The notes: generated by a model from the letters alone, not told the origin. A stretch of 52,871 nucleotides of DNA, filler included, from Porpidia crustulata (GCA_964255105.1; 22 parts of 22 records of this genome joined end to end with filler, not necessarily neighbours in it); one strand, 5' to 3'; counted from the first letter of the whole stretch, positions 22,061 to 35,537 are shown. Numbers and translations: made by a program.

Positions 22061-24325
22061 TTTAATTGATCTGCGATGTCGAGCCGCCTGCGGTTGAAAG
22101 ACAGAATTGGTGGCTAAATGATACTGGTGTTGACAGACACTGTCACACCGTGTACACGCGATAACGCGTACTGTTGATGCACCCCCAGAAGCCCCGCTCA
22201 GCTGGCTCTGTTGCCACCTAAATCCAACAATTCAAGCAATTTTAGGTATATAAGTCCCCTAAACTAGCGAGATTCTTGGGGCAGAGTCTTGCACCACTTT
22301 ATTGATTAATCAAGAACCGAGTTTGAGCTTGCTGCACTACGACTCCAATTCGACTTCTCGGATACAGTGATGACCGAGTGGTCTATCTTGGGTGCATACA
22401 TTGACGATCCGAGAAGAGTCACACACTACTTGGATCTTCAGAATGTTCTCTTGGTAAAATATTATAATCCTCCATTGCTTGCTTGAAGGAATTACATCTC
22501 CGGATTGCGGTTTATGACGATAAATGTCTTGTTTCTAGCGATCCTTATAGATAGTCCCCTTGTCGGTAGAAACCACAACGCTTTGCCTGATCTGTGTTAG
22601 GGGCCTCCTAACTACCTAGCTATGGGGGTAAATCAACGAAGAAATAANNNNNNNNNNNNNNNNNNNNNNNNNNNNNNNNNNNNNNNNNNNNTTAATTAAT
22701 TAANNNNNNNNNNNNNNNNNNNNNNNNNNNNNNNNNNNNNNNNNNNNGGGTGGACGAAGGTGGTATGCTAGCGAGCACGACACGCAGGGATGACTCGCTT
22801 CGGTACGTCTAGAATTTGGGAGGGGGCAGGAGGGATAAGGATTACTCCCTATGTTTTTAGAACTGGTCAAATTGGGAATAAGCTGGTGAGCGACTCCAAG
22901 GCAAGAGATGGAACTTCACGGGGTAAAATATCAAGCTGCTGGAGAGAAGAAAGGTCGTAGATGCTTCATTTTTTGCGGCGGGGGATTTGCTGAAGTGGAA
23001 AGGATACGACGGATGTTGAATTCCGAGGTCTGGATTCGGGATGGGGTGGAATGGTCGTCTACTTAGTGAATATCAAGAAAAATTTAGAGGGTTGGCCTGA
23101 GCTTTGGCGGACTTTACCTAGTTGTTATTTGAACCATAGACATGACAGAAAGTACTTTGTAGCTCATAAAACATATTCTTGTGTTTAGCAGATTTCGAGA
23201 GAAGAGAGAATCAAGTGGGATTTCGAGTTGAGAAGAAGGAAATCGTTGCTAATGAGGCAAGATCTGCTTAGACAGTAAACTGGAAGTCGAATATCGCAAT
23301 TAAAATATCGGAGAATAATTTTGACAAGAAAAACGAAAACAAGATTCTTATTCAATAGAGGAGAAAAATGTCATCTGAGCGGCATTATTATCACTTCATA
23401 GCAGTTACGTTTTCGAATAGATATCTAACGTGATCGTGGCCAGACCAATCCGGTATCCTTTTACATCAACATCAATCTTCTCTTCTACCCTTAGCCTCGA
23501 AGGATTTCGAGAACGTTTTCAATAGGCTCTACACAAAAGCGAGGAATCCGCCAACGGACTGGAGAATTCAGGAGTTGAATTCCTGCTCGTTAGGTCCTTT
23601 TGCGATGAAGCTGTGCCTTTGGCTCCCAGACATGAGACAGAAGTATTGGTATAGCAAAATATCGCAACGAGAATCTCGGCACGGAGTCAGCCAGCACAAT
23701 GGAGACACCAGCAGAAGCTCTGTTTGGCAAACAAAAGAGTGTGGATACTCCTATGCCTCAGACAAATGTGCTTGAGATAAGAGCAATAAGAGGAGGATAG
23801 ACTATGCCGTCGGCGGGCTTTGAGAAATGGATCTTTGGGGAGAGACACCTCTCTGTCAAAACCGCAGTGATCTCTATTGTATGTTTGGACAATTCTCTTC
23901 AATGACTTCAAGTACCTACCTTGAAGCATCATGTGCATCCTCAACCTTTCATGCTTCCCTCTGCGACTTACTCGAGCATAGTACAAGAAAGGTTGTACGA
24001 AACCAATGGATTTGCAATCCAGTCCCTTTCCAACTCTATGCTTGACAAAAGATGGTGCCTAGCATCCGTCAACTCCTTGGTCGAAGAGGTCATTCGTTCG
24101 GACGGTCTCCCTTTGGTAGACGGAGTTAGTGCGCGCTATTGCCGGTTGATTGCCCGATGACCTCATTGTCAAAACAAAAAGAAAGTCCGAAAAGCTTTGG
24201 ATTAAAAATGCTCAATTACTAATGCTGGACTGTATATAAAAAGAGTTCCGATTCCCCCAAGTCAAGCTACACCAGAAATACTAGCGACGAAAAATCTAGC
24301 AAGAAAACTCTCGCCCTCAATCACA

Positions 24326-25021
24326 ATGACCCGAATTTTCCTCACAGGTACCCCCACCAAACCACTCCCAGAAACGTCAGCACCACAACCACTGACCTCC
24401 CAATCCAGGCGGCTCTGGCTTCATCGCCGCGCACGTCCTCGACCTCCTCCTGGAACACAGTAACTCCGTGGTAACGAGCGTCCGATCCCAGGACAAGGCA
24501 AAGGCAATCGCAGACGCGCACCCGGGGATCGGGAAAGACAAGCTGGACTTTGTGATTGTCGAGGACATCGCCCAAGAAGGGGCGTTCGACAAGGCCGTCA
24601 TTTCAGATCCGCCCTTCGAAACTGTGATCCACACGTCCTCCCCGTTCCACTTCAATGTAACGGACGTCAAGAAAGACCTGCTGGATCCGGCCATTGTCGG
24701 CACGACGGGATTGCTCAAGGCGGTGAAGAAGAGCGCGCCAAGTGTGAAACGAGTGGTGAGTGTCGATTCTCGGAAGTATGTGAGAGAGCGCCGAGATCTG
24801 AGCGAGATTTGCAGGTCATCACCTCCAGCTTCGCCGCCATCCTCGACGCTAAGCAGCCTACAAGACCCGGCTACACCTACAGCGAAAAGGACTGGAACCC
24901 CGTCACCGAGGAAGAAGCCATTCAAAACCCCGCTAACGGCTACCGCGCCAGCAAAACCTTTGCCGAGCGAGCAGCGTGGGAATTCGTTGAGAAGGAGAAG
25001 CCCAACTTCTCAATTGCTACC
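24326..25021 (+). CDS. NAD(P)-dependent epimerase/dehydratase-family ketoreductase (GRE2-like), 3' truncated
   Basis: Exons 24326-24347, 24409-24755 and 24815-25021. TGGSGFIA Rossmann motif, VIHTSSP, VITSSFAAI, catalytic YRASK. Confidence 0.9.
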
Positions 25022-26481
25022 GTACGCCCCTTTCTCGCCCCTTTTGCCTCCCTTCTAGATCTCCCAACAACCCCCCGCCTAACCCNNNNNNNNNNNNNNN
25101 NNNNNNNNNNNNNNNNNNNNNNNNNNNNNTTAATTAATTAANNNNNNNNNNNNNNNNNNNNNNNNNNNNNNNNNNNNNNNNNNNNGTAAGGGGGGTGGGT
25201 TTGGAGAGGCGAGGTGGTTGGGTTGAAGATTTAATGTCGGTAGAAATACGATTATTCGTGAGTAGATGTTTCTCTGGCTGTCGAGGTCGTGGTATTACTT
25301 ATTTCTTACGATGCGTTTTCTTGAACCAGCTTTCTTTGTTCGCTATGCTGCTGTTTGCGGCTTGCTGGCATATGATGGAATTCTTGATTAAAGAGCAATG
25401 TGAAATGCTGATCAAGTTTCTGGTAAATTGTCGCATGATGAACCGAATGGGTGTCATGGCAACTGTATCTCATTCCTCAGACTCCCGAGTCCTCCGAATC
25501 TTGGTCGGGCAAGGCGAGATCTATTGATTTTCTCATATTTCGATCAAATTTCTTTATATATCTTAAAAACCTCTATTATTCCACAACCAGAACATAGGTG
25601 CAGCGGTACAAACAGCGGGTCATTGAATGCGGCCAGCCAATACACTAGTGTCACGGTAAAAAACCGAAAAGAAAAGTGAAATCTCCTGGCGTTGAAGACC
25701 CAGCCGGGATTTTACTTTTGGGATTTTGGGGGGGGAATGGCGTGAGTTCGAATCTGGGCGTTGGCGAATCTTTTTCTTCGCCTTTTTCTATGTTCCTTGT
25801 TTATCTGATCACTCAATCTTTATAGCTTTCTTGTTTGGAGTGCTCCTGCCATTCAAATGCTTCCTTTCAGTATTCAGTCAAAGATCCACAAATTTTAGAA
25901 CGAATTCCATTCACTTCTACCAATTCGGAAAGTTGATCCAACATACACGATGCTTCATCTTTCATCCTTCATATACTGTCGAAATTCTATAAATCACTAT
26001 TCTTCTCACACGTGCATCATGGCGCACACTCTTCACAATCAATATGTCATCAAAGTCGTTGGTATCTTACTTTTCCTACGGCGTCGCCCTCTCACCTTCA
26101 GCTCAGCAGACTCGCTGCTGCTGTCAAATTCATTAATTGCTGTGCGTCACTGATACTTCGTCATACGTGGCGACAATGGAGTCTAGACACCCATTATATC
26201 AAGAAGCTCTTGTTGGATAATGGTCGCCTTGATGATTACAATGGCCTTTGTTCAGGCGATGGTCCCTCGGTTCTCCTGAACAAAGGAAGCGGTCTACCAC
26301 CTTACTCGAACAACAGTATTGTCCTCATTCTCCTCATTCTCCAACCAAACGGCGCTATCGATCACAAGGAGCTTTGTGTGACTCACTACACCAATGATGC
26401 ATTTATATTGGAAGCTCCAGTCACCTTCGATTTCGATTGCCAGTCCAAGATTCCTAATCTCAATCGGCACTTGAACGAGAC

Positions 26482-27520
26482 ATGTCTGCAAGAACATCAG
26501 TAATCTTCAACCTCCGCTACGAAGGATGTGGCCATACGAGGCTCTTTGACCCTAGCAGTTCCCTGGTCCCTGCGTCGGCCAACTCAGATTCTCAGCCTGA
26601 CAACCGTGATGAGATTGTACTTGAAAACGAGAAAGGAAAAGGCAAGAGAGGAGATACCGCTAGTGTGATTGAGCCGACGAAGAAGACGTTCTGGAATCGC
26701 AATTTCCTGACCAAGAAAGGGCGCTCTCCTTCCACCGAGACAACTGCAACCAAAGAGGAGAAGGAAGAAGAGATACTCGCCACCGCTGCCCCGCAATCGC
26801 TCTGCCCCGACTGTTTCGACAACGAGGAAGACCGCATCTGCAACGCCTACGTAAAGCGAATCAACACCGCCATCAAGGACTGTAACACAAGTGGCCTGAC
26901 CGAGAGCGAAACCAGCTCCGTTTGCACGACCCTGCAAGCTGAGCACGAGCAGGAACTCATCCACTTCCACGCCTCCACCGGCTACACAGACACGAACACC
27001 CAAAGCGCAAGTCCCCTCGTCAACACAGATACCCTGCAAGGCTTCCTGCAAATCGCCGACGCCACCTGGCCGAAGCGTCAGAAGCCGCGGTCCGTCATAT
27101 CCTCGAAATCGTCCACAAAACCCAGCGTGATCAGCAACAAATTAGATCTGGCGCGAGCGCAGTGGGGCACGTCCAGGTCCGCGACCATGGCTCTCAACGG
27201 CAAGATCGGCGAGACCGAGGATACCGTGACCATCTCGCGGCCGCGCCGAGACGGGTCCAGGTTCGCGTTTCCCGTCCGCATCCCCAAGCCCGGTTTCGAA
27301 GCGAAGGGACCTGTCAAGTCGGAGGAGAATCATTCCTCGGGCACGCCCTCCCTTGCCACCTCGAGCAGCGCGACGTCCGTTTCAGTCGCCGCGGCAAAGG
27401 TCGAGGGCGATGGTTGGTTCAGGACAGCGTCGTTGAGATCGTCGAAGAGCTCGGCGTCGCTGTTCAAGCCGATTGGCGGGAGCAGGGGAAATCGGTTTGA
27501 TGTTGCGGTGGAGGCGGAGG
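26482..27520 (+). CDS. Hypothetical protein, 3' truncated, with YxGCGH and CPDC putative Zn ligands
   Basis: ORF of more than 345 codons running into the contig edge; Ser-rich low-complexity C-terminal half. Confidence 0.6.
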
Positions 27521-27620
27521 NNNNNNNNNNNNNNNNNNNNNNNNNNNNNNNNNNNNNNNNNNNNTTAATTAATTAANNNNNNNNNNNNNNNNNNNNNNNN
27601 NNNNNNNNNNNNNNNNNNNN

Positions 27621-28484
27621 CCCCTGACGCCCCCTCGTGGTCGGCTCCGGCTGCCGTCTCCTCCATTCTCTACGAAACACCCCTCCCTTCTGCGTTGCCC
27701 CCGAAACGACATATACTCAATTGCCTCGTCCAGAATGAGCCTGGTGTCCTTTCCCGCGTTTCCGGTATTCTTGCAGCCCGTGGATTTAACATCGACTCCC
27801 TTGTCGTCTGCAATACCGAAGTCGAGGATCTCTCGCGTATGACCATTGTCCTTTCTGGCCAAGATGGCGTCGTTGAACAGGCGAGAAGACAGCTAGAAGA
27901 CTTGGTGCCCGTTTGGGCAGTATTGGACTATACAGCGGCTCCGCTTGTCCAGCGAGAGCTACTCCTTGCGAAAATCTCGATCCTTGGACCCGAATACTTC
28001 GAAGAACTGCTGGCACACCACAGGGAGATGACGGCTGCCGACGCATCGAAATTCGAGGAATCGAGAGCCCAGTTCGAAGCGGAGAGGGAGCTGCAAGAGG
28101 ATGGAGAGCGAGGGGATTATCATCCCAGTCGGCTAGTAGCTAGTCAGGCATTAAGACACAAGCATGAACACCTGCAATCGATCACATATTTGACGCATCA
28201 ATTCGGGGGAAAGGTGTTGGATATCAGTACAAATAATTGTATCGTTGAAGTGTAAGTGCTTCCTTAAAGGACTCAACGGGGAGGATCTAACGCCAATGGT
28301 CTACAGCTCTGCAAAACCAACCAGAATAGACTCGTTCATGAAACTTATCTCCCCATTCGGCATTCTGGAATCGGCAAGGACGGGTTTGACCGCTTTGCCT
28401 CGATCACCTCTCCACGATGCCACAGAACAGGATGAGAAGATTGCAGACGACTTGGTAGATGCCAGTGCTTTGCCTCCAGGTTAA
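27621..28484 (+). CDS. ILV6: Acetolactate synthase small (regulatory) subunit, 5' truncated
   Basis: HILNCLVQNEPGVLSRVSGILAARGFNIDSLVVCNTEVEDLSRMTIV; intron 28252-28306; C-terminal ILESARTG...ASALPPG. Confidence 0.95.
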
Positions 28485-28593
28485 GAAGTAAGAGTCGGTA
28501 TTACCAAAATGCCTTTGCCATATAAACTTATTGGGGTATCATCAGATTGCACCACCGTAAATCGATTTCATGTCATCCAACCACGCGTCCTCG

Positions 28594-29685
28594 TTAGATC
28601 GTCCCCTTATTGACTACAAACGCCTCCAGTACCGCAATGGCCGCCCAAAGCCTGTTTTCGGCCTCCGGAAATACTAGGGATCTGGGGCTGTAAAATACCT
28701 CATCACTGACTTCCTCGGAGTGTCTTGGCAAGCAGTGCATGAATTTCCATCCGGGTTTTGCCCCACCTCTTTTCGCCAGCTCCGACGTAATTTGAAAGCC
28801 CTCGAATGCTTTGAGCCGCTTCGCTTTCTCCTCCTCCTGCCCCATCGATACCCACGTGTCTGTTACCAGTATATCGACATTCTTTGCTGCTTCATCGGGA
28901 ACATTGGATTCAAAAAGTTTCCCTTGCACTTTCAAGTCTTTGCCGGAATTTCGGATAACTTCTCGCATGCTATTTGGTATTTCGTAACCTTTCGGCGTCG
29001 CGACTGAGATATTGACTCCGAGCTTCGCAGCTCCAATCGCTAGGTCATACAGTACATTATTCGCATCCCCAATCCATGCAATGTTTAGCCCTTCTAGCCC
29101 TAGCCCTGGCGCGACATACCGGTGTTCCGATCGATGCGATAGAAAAGCCTCGTAAATCGTGAGGAAATCCGCAATCGTCTGCATTGGGTGAAAGGCGTCG
29201 GACAGCGCGTTAATGACCGGGACGGTAGAATGTTTTGCCAGGTTTGCCACGTCCGAGTGTGGCCCAACTCTTGCAACAATAGCTGACACCATCGATGAGA
29301 TTACCACCGAGGTATCATAAAGCGATTCATTGACACCTAATTGTATGTCTTCTTTGCCGAGAAACATGGGATGGCCGCCCATTGTGGCCACTGCAGCTTC
29401 TGTGGAGACTCGTGTTCTCGTACTGCGTTTACTGAAGGTCATGGCTACGGACTTTCCGGTCAGGGTTCCCAGCAACGAAGTAGGTATCGAGCCGGACTTG
29501 ACCGCTTGTTTATGAGAGTGGGCATTGAGGACAAGGGTAGTGAGCTCCGCGGACGAGAGATCGGCTATGGATAGGAGGTGACGAGGAGCAAATGGGGATG
29601 TTGGAGGTGTTGAAATACTCGAGTAAGGTCTTGAGAGTTGTTCGAGAGACCGCAGAGCTCGCCATATTGGGCGTCTTAAAGGCAT
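28594..29685 (-). CDS. ARG3: Ornithine carbamoyltransferase, mitochondrial
   Basis: FSKRSTRTRVS, HPMQ, TDTWVSMGQE, FMHCLPR and EAENRL motifs; Arg-rich presequence; intronless, 363 aa. Confidence 0.96.
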   Translation of the reverse strand: MPLRRPIWRALRSLEQLSRPYSSISTPPTSPFAPRHLLSIADLSSAELTTLVLNAHSHKQAVKSGSIPTSLLGTLTGKSVAMTFSKRSTRTRVSTEAAVATMGGHPMFLGKEDIQLGVNESLYDTSVVISSMVSAIVARVGPHSDVANLAKHSTVPVINALSDAFHPMQTIADFLTIYEAFLSHRSEHRYVAPGLGLEGLNIAWIGDANNVLYDLAIGAAKLGVNISVATPKGYEIPNSMREVIRNSGKDLKVQGKLFESNVPDEAAKNVDILVTDTWVSMGQEEEKAKRLKAFEGFQITSELAKRGGAKPGWKFMHCLPRHSEEVSDEVFYSPRSLVFPEAENRLWAAIAVLEAFVVNKGTI

Positions 29686-29898
29686 TTTAGAAGAACCAAG
29701 GAGCTCGATCCGTTAGAAGTATTGGAGCATAATGGAATAGATATAATGTCTTTACAGCCTGAAGTCTTAGATAATGTTATAATGTGCCATGTAAAAAAGA
29801 AGTCACCCTCGAATCTCCAAAAGTAAATTGTGGGGACCCTTAGTGCCTAGATTTGTAGCTTATTCTTTCCGGTGTTATGTGCCTACCGTAGTTGATTA

Positions 29899-29944
29899 GG
29901 AGTATTCCCGGGCCCGTGCACGTTCCGGTCCCGTGCACACCCCA
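29899..29944 (+). mobile_element. Putative DNA-transposon terminal inverted repeat (46 bp), copy 3
   Basis: Exact copy preceded by TTA; continues CT rather than AAC after base 46. Confidence 0.75.
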
Positions 29945-30046
29945 CTNNNNNNNNNNNNNNNNNNNNNNNNNNNNNNNNNNNNNNNNNNNNTTAATTAATT
30001 AANNNNNNNNNNNNNNNNNNNNNNNNNNNNNNNNNNNNNNNNNNNN

Positions 30047-31375
30047 GTCTTGGGACATGGCGGTGGGTTCTTCTTCGATGCCCCATAGGGCGGCGTGGGA
30101 AGAGGAAGAAGAAGAAGAGGCCATCGGGCGGTGATTGGGGTGGTGGTCTTGTAGAGTGGGTGTAAAGTGGGGGGCGGACATGGACGTCGAGGCTGTGTTG
30201 TCGGCTGCCGGGCTCGGAGTGGTGGTTTGGGGAAGGATCGGGGAGGTCGAGGTGTGAGTAACGGGGATGCCAGCGTAGTCGAGCTTGGAGGGGTTGAGAG
30301 AAGTACTAAAGGCACCTGGATGGTCAGAAAGTTGTTGGACGAGGAAGCCTAATTCGCGCGCTAAACGGTCCAAGAGACGGTTTTCCCAGCCAACAAACGA
30401 ATCGCGAGCGGCTCTTTTCGGCGGGGCCAGCCCAGATGATGGTCTTTTGGAGGGCCTGTCTTCAGGAAGCGATTCGCCAAAAATGACGGAGAGCACAGCG
30501 TCGTCGATGCCCATCAGGTCACGTATGACTCGGCGAGTGATACGCTGCCAGAAGGATTCGCTATCTTCTGTATCTGGGCTTTCTGTCAGATTTTTACCTG
30601 TGTCCTGCTCATGTACCGTCGGGCTTAAGTTGCCAGAATCTCTGAACACCCCGTCCGGTCCAATTATATCTACAACGGATCGTGCCCGCCCATGTCCAGG
30701 ATTTGTCCTGTTTTTCCTGGCCTCTTTTTCTATCTCGTTCAGCAAAACCTTGGATTGTTCCATCCTCCACTTCTCAATTCTTTCCCTTCTCTCGCCATCG
30801 ACGCCCGCGCCATCGGCGTCTGTAACAGCATCAAGCCTTCGCTGCACACTTGACCTCCTCCTTTGGTGCTCAGCTGTCCGCTTGCGCGGATTGTATTGTT
30901 CAAAATGCCATAGATGTTCCTGAACAGGTTGACTCGATGCTGGGAAGGTACCTAAACCATCGTGCGTTGGTAATATAGAATTACTTTCGTCCAAGTGCTG
31001 TGATATCCAATACGTTGAGGGTTCTTGAAAAGCCTGCAGACCATCGTCTAAGCTGTCTAATTCCTCGTCATCTTCGATAGCAGCCTCATTTGCATTAAGA
31101 TTACATTCCTCCCGTTGTCCTGACCGGGCAGCTGTATTGAGAGAACCAAAGTCGCTTAAGCGCGACAGACCAGCTGTCCGCGGTGTATCTTCGGTATAGG
31201 TCGTCTGTATCTGAGTCGAAGAGCAAGCTTGAGCCGGGGGAAACAGTACCCATTCTTGTGATTCATCATATCCTTTTTGCTGTGGTGCAGGTATAATTGT
31301 CGGTTGATGATGCTCTGGTCCGGATTGAGGTACATGTCGTTTGGGTGACGCCAACGTTGGCTGACGGAAGGCCAT
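30047..31375 (-). CDS. Hypothetical fungal protein, 3' truncated
   Basis: Uninterrupted ORF of more than 440 codons with conserved-looking islands (SQEWVLF, LPTHDGLGTF, FWQRITRRVIRDLMGID, LLDRLARELG). Confidence 0.75.
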
Positions 31376-32053
31376 GGTATCGGAACCAAACCGTATTTTG
31401 GAACCAGCCTTTCAGCCTGTGTCTCGGGATTTACTGCTACCGTCACACTGTTCGCATCCTACAGCTGTGCCCTATAGCGATTGGCGTTCTATGAAGCAGG
31501 ATGCCAGCACTTGAAATACAAACTTCCGCGAATGCAGGATGCAGTGTGATATTGGAGCGAAATGCAGGTTTACCGGCGGGTGATGTAAGGAACTTGGTAG
31601 GATGGTAGGTAGCTTCGATTGGCCGATCAGCGCTGGTCTCGTACTCTGAAAGCTGATGATAACTTCACAGCTCCTCTCGATTGTTGAAAGGAATATGTAT
31701 GCCCAGAATAGCTGGACAGGATGTATTCTGTTGAGCGACTAGTATATCTATCAGGAGTGCAAGGTACTGTCATCAAGTCATCTTGTCACCAACAATGGAA
31801 TGGTGCTAGTGTGCTAGGATAGCTCAATAGTAAGGCAGAGCTCCAGCCGCCTGATAAGACTAGCGTATTTAATCATATCCCCGCATGATTGCTTCTCTAC
31901 GGTGACCAAGTTAGCTCATACCGCAGGGACTATCAGCTGTTGCGAGCAACGCAGTCATTTCGCAGAAGAAGAGGAAAGACAGGTTACTCTACTGAAACTT
32001 TGCAAACAAACACACTAGCTATCTCTGCCTACCTGTAAAACGAGCAGCCCAAC

Positions 32054-32366
32054 CTACGACTCCCCTTCAGTCGGCAAGCCCATCCCCAACAAAAAAGCCG
32101 GCTCTTCAGCGTTATGATGCTGATAACTCAGTACCGCTATAGCCCCAGGCTCCATCATCATCGCCAGCGGCGTCTCCATCGGAAACCCGAGCCAGCGTTT
32201 CGCAAACGCCCGCAGCAAATGCCCGTGTGCAACCAGCAGCACATCCGCACTCCGTTCCCCATGCATCCACGGCCCTTGAATCTCACGGATCGTCCGAATG
32301 AGCCCATCAAGCCTTTCAGTCACCTGCTGCGCCGTCTCTCCCCCCTCACACCCATCCCTCCAGATG
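32054..32366 (-). CDS. Histidine phosphatase/phosphoglycerate mutase family (SHB17-like), C-terminal part
   Basis: IWRDGCEGGETAQQVTERLD...DVLLVAHGHLLRAFAKRW...LSYQHHNAEEPA. Confidence 0.85.
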
Positions 32367-32558
32367 NNNNNNNNNNNNNNNNNNNNNNNNNNNNNNNNNN
32401 NNNNNNNNNNTTAATTAATTAANNNNNNNNNNNNNNNNNNNNNNNNNNNNNNNNNNNNNNNNNNNNCTATTCCCCGCCCAACCCCCTCTCCCCCCGAAAC
32501 AGAATCTCCTGTTTCTGCTCCAAACTCCACGGCAATAGCTAATATCTTCGTCATGTAG

Positions 32559-34161
32559 GTACTGGCAGCAAGTCTCCATGGCACAGCTATTGAGGCCTTT
32601 TGGACTGGGACAAGTTTTCTATTGAGTTCCTCCGTTTTCCAACCACCGATAGCTGCCTTGTCACACATCTTCGGCCGCATGCCAACTCTCGCATTCTGCA
32701 TTGTCAGCTTCACGATTGGCATTTTGATCTCGGCTCTGGCGCGAGACTTTACCGTAATGCTTGCTGGCCGCACGATTCAAGGAGTTGGAGGAGGTGGTAT
32801 AATATTGCTTAACGATGTTATTATTACGGATCTGGTACCTATGAGACTCAGGGGCGCTTACTTTGGCATCATAGGCGCAGTATGGGGTCTCGGCTCTGTT
32901 TCCGGTCCAGTGATAGGTGGTGTATTATCGGATAAGGCTTCTTGGGTGAGTCTACTTATCACTCCTTGTATTGTGAAGAGGCGATCAATCTCTCTTTGTG
33001 ATGAAGCCCTCGATACATATCCTGTCTTGTAAATTTACTGACAGTTGAAAATTATAGAGATGGATCTTTTGGATCAACATCCCATTCGCTGTGATTGGCT
33101 TGGCCATGGTTCTTGTCTTTCTCAAACTTAAAAAAGTCCCAGGGTCAACAATGCAGAAGCTGAAACGTGTCGATTGGATCGGCAACATCATCTTCATTGC
33201 CGCGTCAACAAGCTTCTTGGTTCCCCTCACGTGGGGCGGCGTTCAGTACCCATGGGACTCCTGGCGTACGCTGGTTCCTTTGCTCCTAGGTGTAGCCGGG
33301 ATTGCAGGCTTTTGTGTCTACGAGAAACGCTTTGCAGTGGAGCCAACGATACGTCTCGACCTCCTAGCAAATTACAATATGGCGTACTCATTGGTCGCAG
33401 CCCTTATCAATGCTTTGATCGTGTATGGTGCACTGTACTTCCTCCCTCTCTATTTCGAGGCCGTACGCGGTTACAACCCGATTCTCTCCGGCATTGCTCT
33501 TTTCCCAGCAACTTTCACGGTGGCCCCCGTTTCAATCATCTCTGGAATTATTATCACCCGAACAGGCGATTTTCACATTGTGACCTGGGTTGGCTGGATT
33601 GCCACTACCTTGGGCTGCGGAGTGATGGTCTTACTGGATGTTGACACCACAACCCCACAGTGGATTTTTCTTTGCCTTTGCACCGGGGTTGGCCTTGGCT
33701 TTCTCTATACGTCCTTGGCTTTCGTCAACCAAAGCGCCACGGACGATAAAGAAATGGCCTTTGCGATCAGCTTATTTATCTTTGCTCGCGCATTAGGTCA
33801 ATGCATTGGGGTCGCAATCTGTGGCGTTATTTTTCAGAACCAAATGAAAACACGTCTGCTTGCCATTCCGGCCCTCGCAGGCCAGGCCGATGAATATTCG
33901 CGAGATGCATCGAGTCTGGTGCAGACTATCAAATTTTTACCCGATGGCGAGAGTAAGTCTGACCTCATTAAAGCATACGCAGACTCGTTGAAGATCGTAT
34001 GGGCCATCATGTGTGCACTCAGTGGCTTGGCAATGGTGGGAAGCTTTTTCATGCGCAGTAAGAGTCTCGATCGAACTCATAACACAGAGCAAGGGCTCAA
34101 GGAGGGCGGTAAGGACAACAGTAGTACTGATAAGCTCACACACAGTATGAACATGACATAG
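32559..34161 (+). CDS. MFS drug:H+ antiporter (DHA2-type efflux pump), 5' truncated
   Basis: Exons 32559-32945 and 33058-34161. AFWTGTSFLL, GRTIQGVGGGG, GPVIGG, WRWIFWINIP; many TM helices. Confidence 0.9.
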
Positions 34162-34875
34162 ATGTCTTGTTCTTGTACCATATCGCAGCTATACTTCTAG
34201 ACTAGCTAGATTAAAGGAATAATTACTACAATTCCTCTGATTGTAGGCATTGGGTACATCTATTTAATCAACTCTCATCCCCCGTCCTCTATGCCGTCGA
34301 GTCAGCGTTGCAAGCCGGCAAGCTCAAGATGATCGCAAAGTTTTTATTGGGCTCTATGAGTACTTCCTCGCTCCATAAGTCATGCCGACACAATCCTATT
34401 ACTGAAGAATGTTACTCCTCTTTCCTCAGAAAGTCCTCGGAGCGTACCCTTCGAACGCACATTAGATTAGCGAACACATAGCGAAGTACTAATTCTAAAT
34501 AGATCAGTCACCTTAACATAGATACTTAATGTAATTTGATTAACAGATAGTCCGAAAATCTAATCTACGAATTATGCCACCCTTAGAATTCGCCTTGCTA
34601 TGACTTCCTTTCCTCAACACTTCCAATCGTACTCTGCTCGGATCTTCTCTTTGTGAGCCGAGCTGCAGCAGGAAAATCACGAGGCTATCGTATCATCAAC
34701 TTTAGCTTCGATATCTGCATTTTCTTGAATATTCGTCCCGCCCTCATTGTCGTGACAAGCGCAAAAGATGATGAGNNNNNNNNNNNNNNNNNNNNNNNNN
34801 NNNNNNNNNNNNNNNNNNNTTAATTAATTAANNNNNNNNNNNNNNNNNNNNNNNNNNNNNNNNNNNNNNNNNNNN

Positions 34876-35537
34876 CTCCTTCCCCCTCCCGTAAATGCCC
34901 CGAAAAGATACTCAAAATTAATATCCGCTCCGAACCGCCCCGAGAAGCCTTGAAAAGGGCCTCCACCAGTGCTGCCACCAAACGGCCCGTTGCTGCCTCC
35001 ACTAGGGTCAAACCCTGCACCGTGATCGAACGCCGCCGCCCCATGTTGATCCCAGGTTTCTTTCTTTTTAGGGTCGGATAGAATCTCATAGGCCGCTTGT
35101 GCATCCGTAAATCTGTCCTTTGCTTCTGTTTCCTTATTTGTGTCGGGATGATATTTTTTAGCCAAAGCATAGTATGCCTTTTTAACGTCGGACGACGAGG
35201 CACTCTTTTCAATGCCGAGGACTGTGTATGGGTTCTTTGTCGCATATGTGGCCGGCGTGGCATGGAAGAACTAATTCACCGAGAAGTTTAGTACATCATG
35301 GACTACAGGGGATAAGGTAATTAGCAAACTCGCCCTTCCAGCTGGACAATTGGTTCGTAATTGTTGCGGCCTCCATACTCTCGCAGAAGAATGAAGAAGT
35401 CTTCCACGTTCCTTGTCCCATGAACTGCTTGTCCGGACTCTTCGTGCAAAACAGATCGCCTGACAAGGCGCTAATACCCATGTTGAACGAGCAGGTATAA
35501 GGAACTTGGAGGGCAAGATATGCCCGGTACTATTCAT
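34876..35537 (-). CDS. MDJ1: Mitochondrial DnaJ co-chaperone, 3' truncated
   Basis: Presequence, then after a GC-AG intron (35271-35333) FFHAT...KNPYTVLGI...[14 protein letters not shown], followed by a G/F-rich region. Confidence 0.85.

Noticed and set aside
25735..25775. GTTCGAATC B-box/T-loop motif followed by a T-run, possible tRNA
   Set aside because: The flanking bases cannot form a 5-bp T-stem, and no acceptor, D or anticodon arms are apparent.
27621..29685. ILV6-ARG3 adjacency as a co-regulated amino-acid cluster
   Set aside because: The genes are convergent, belong to different pathways and share no promoter; ordinary gene packing explains it.
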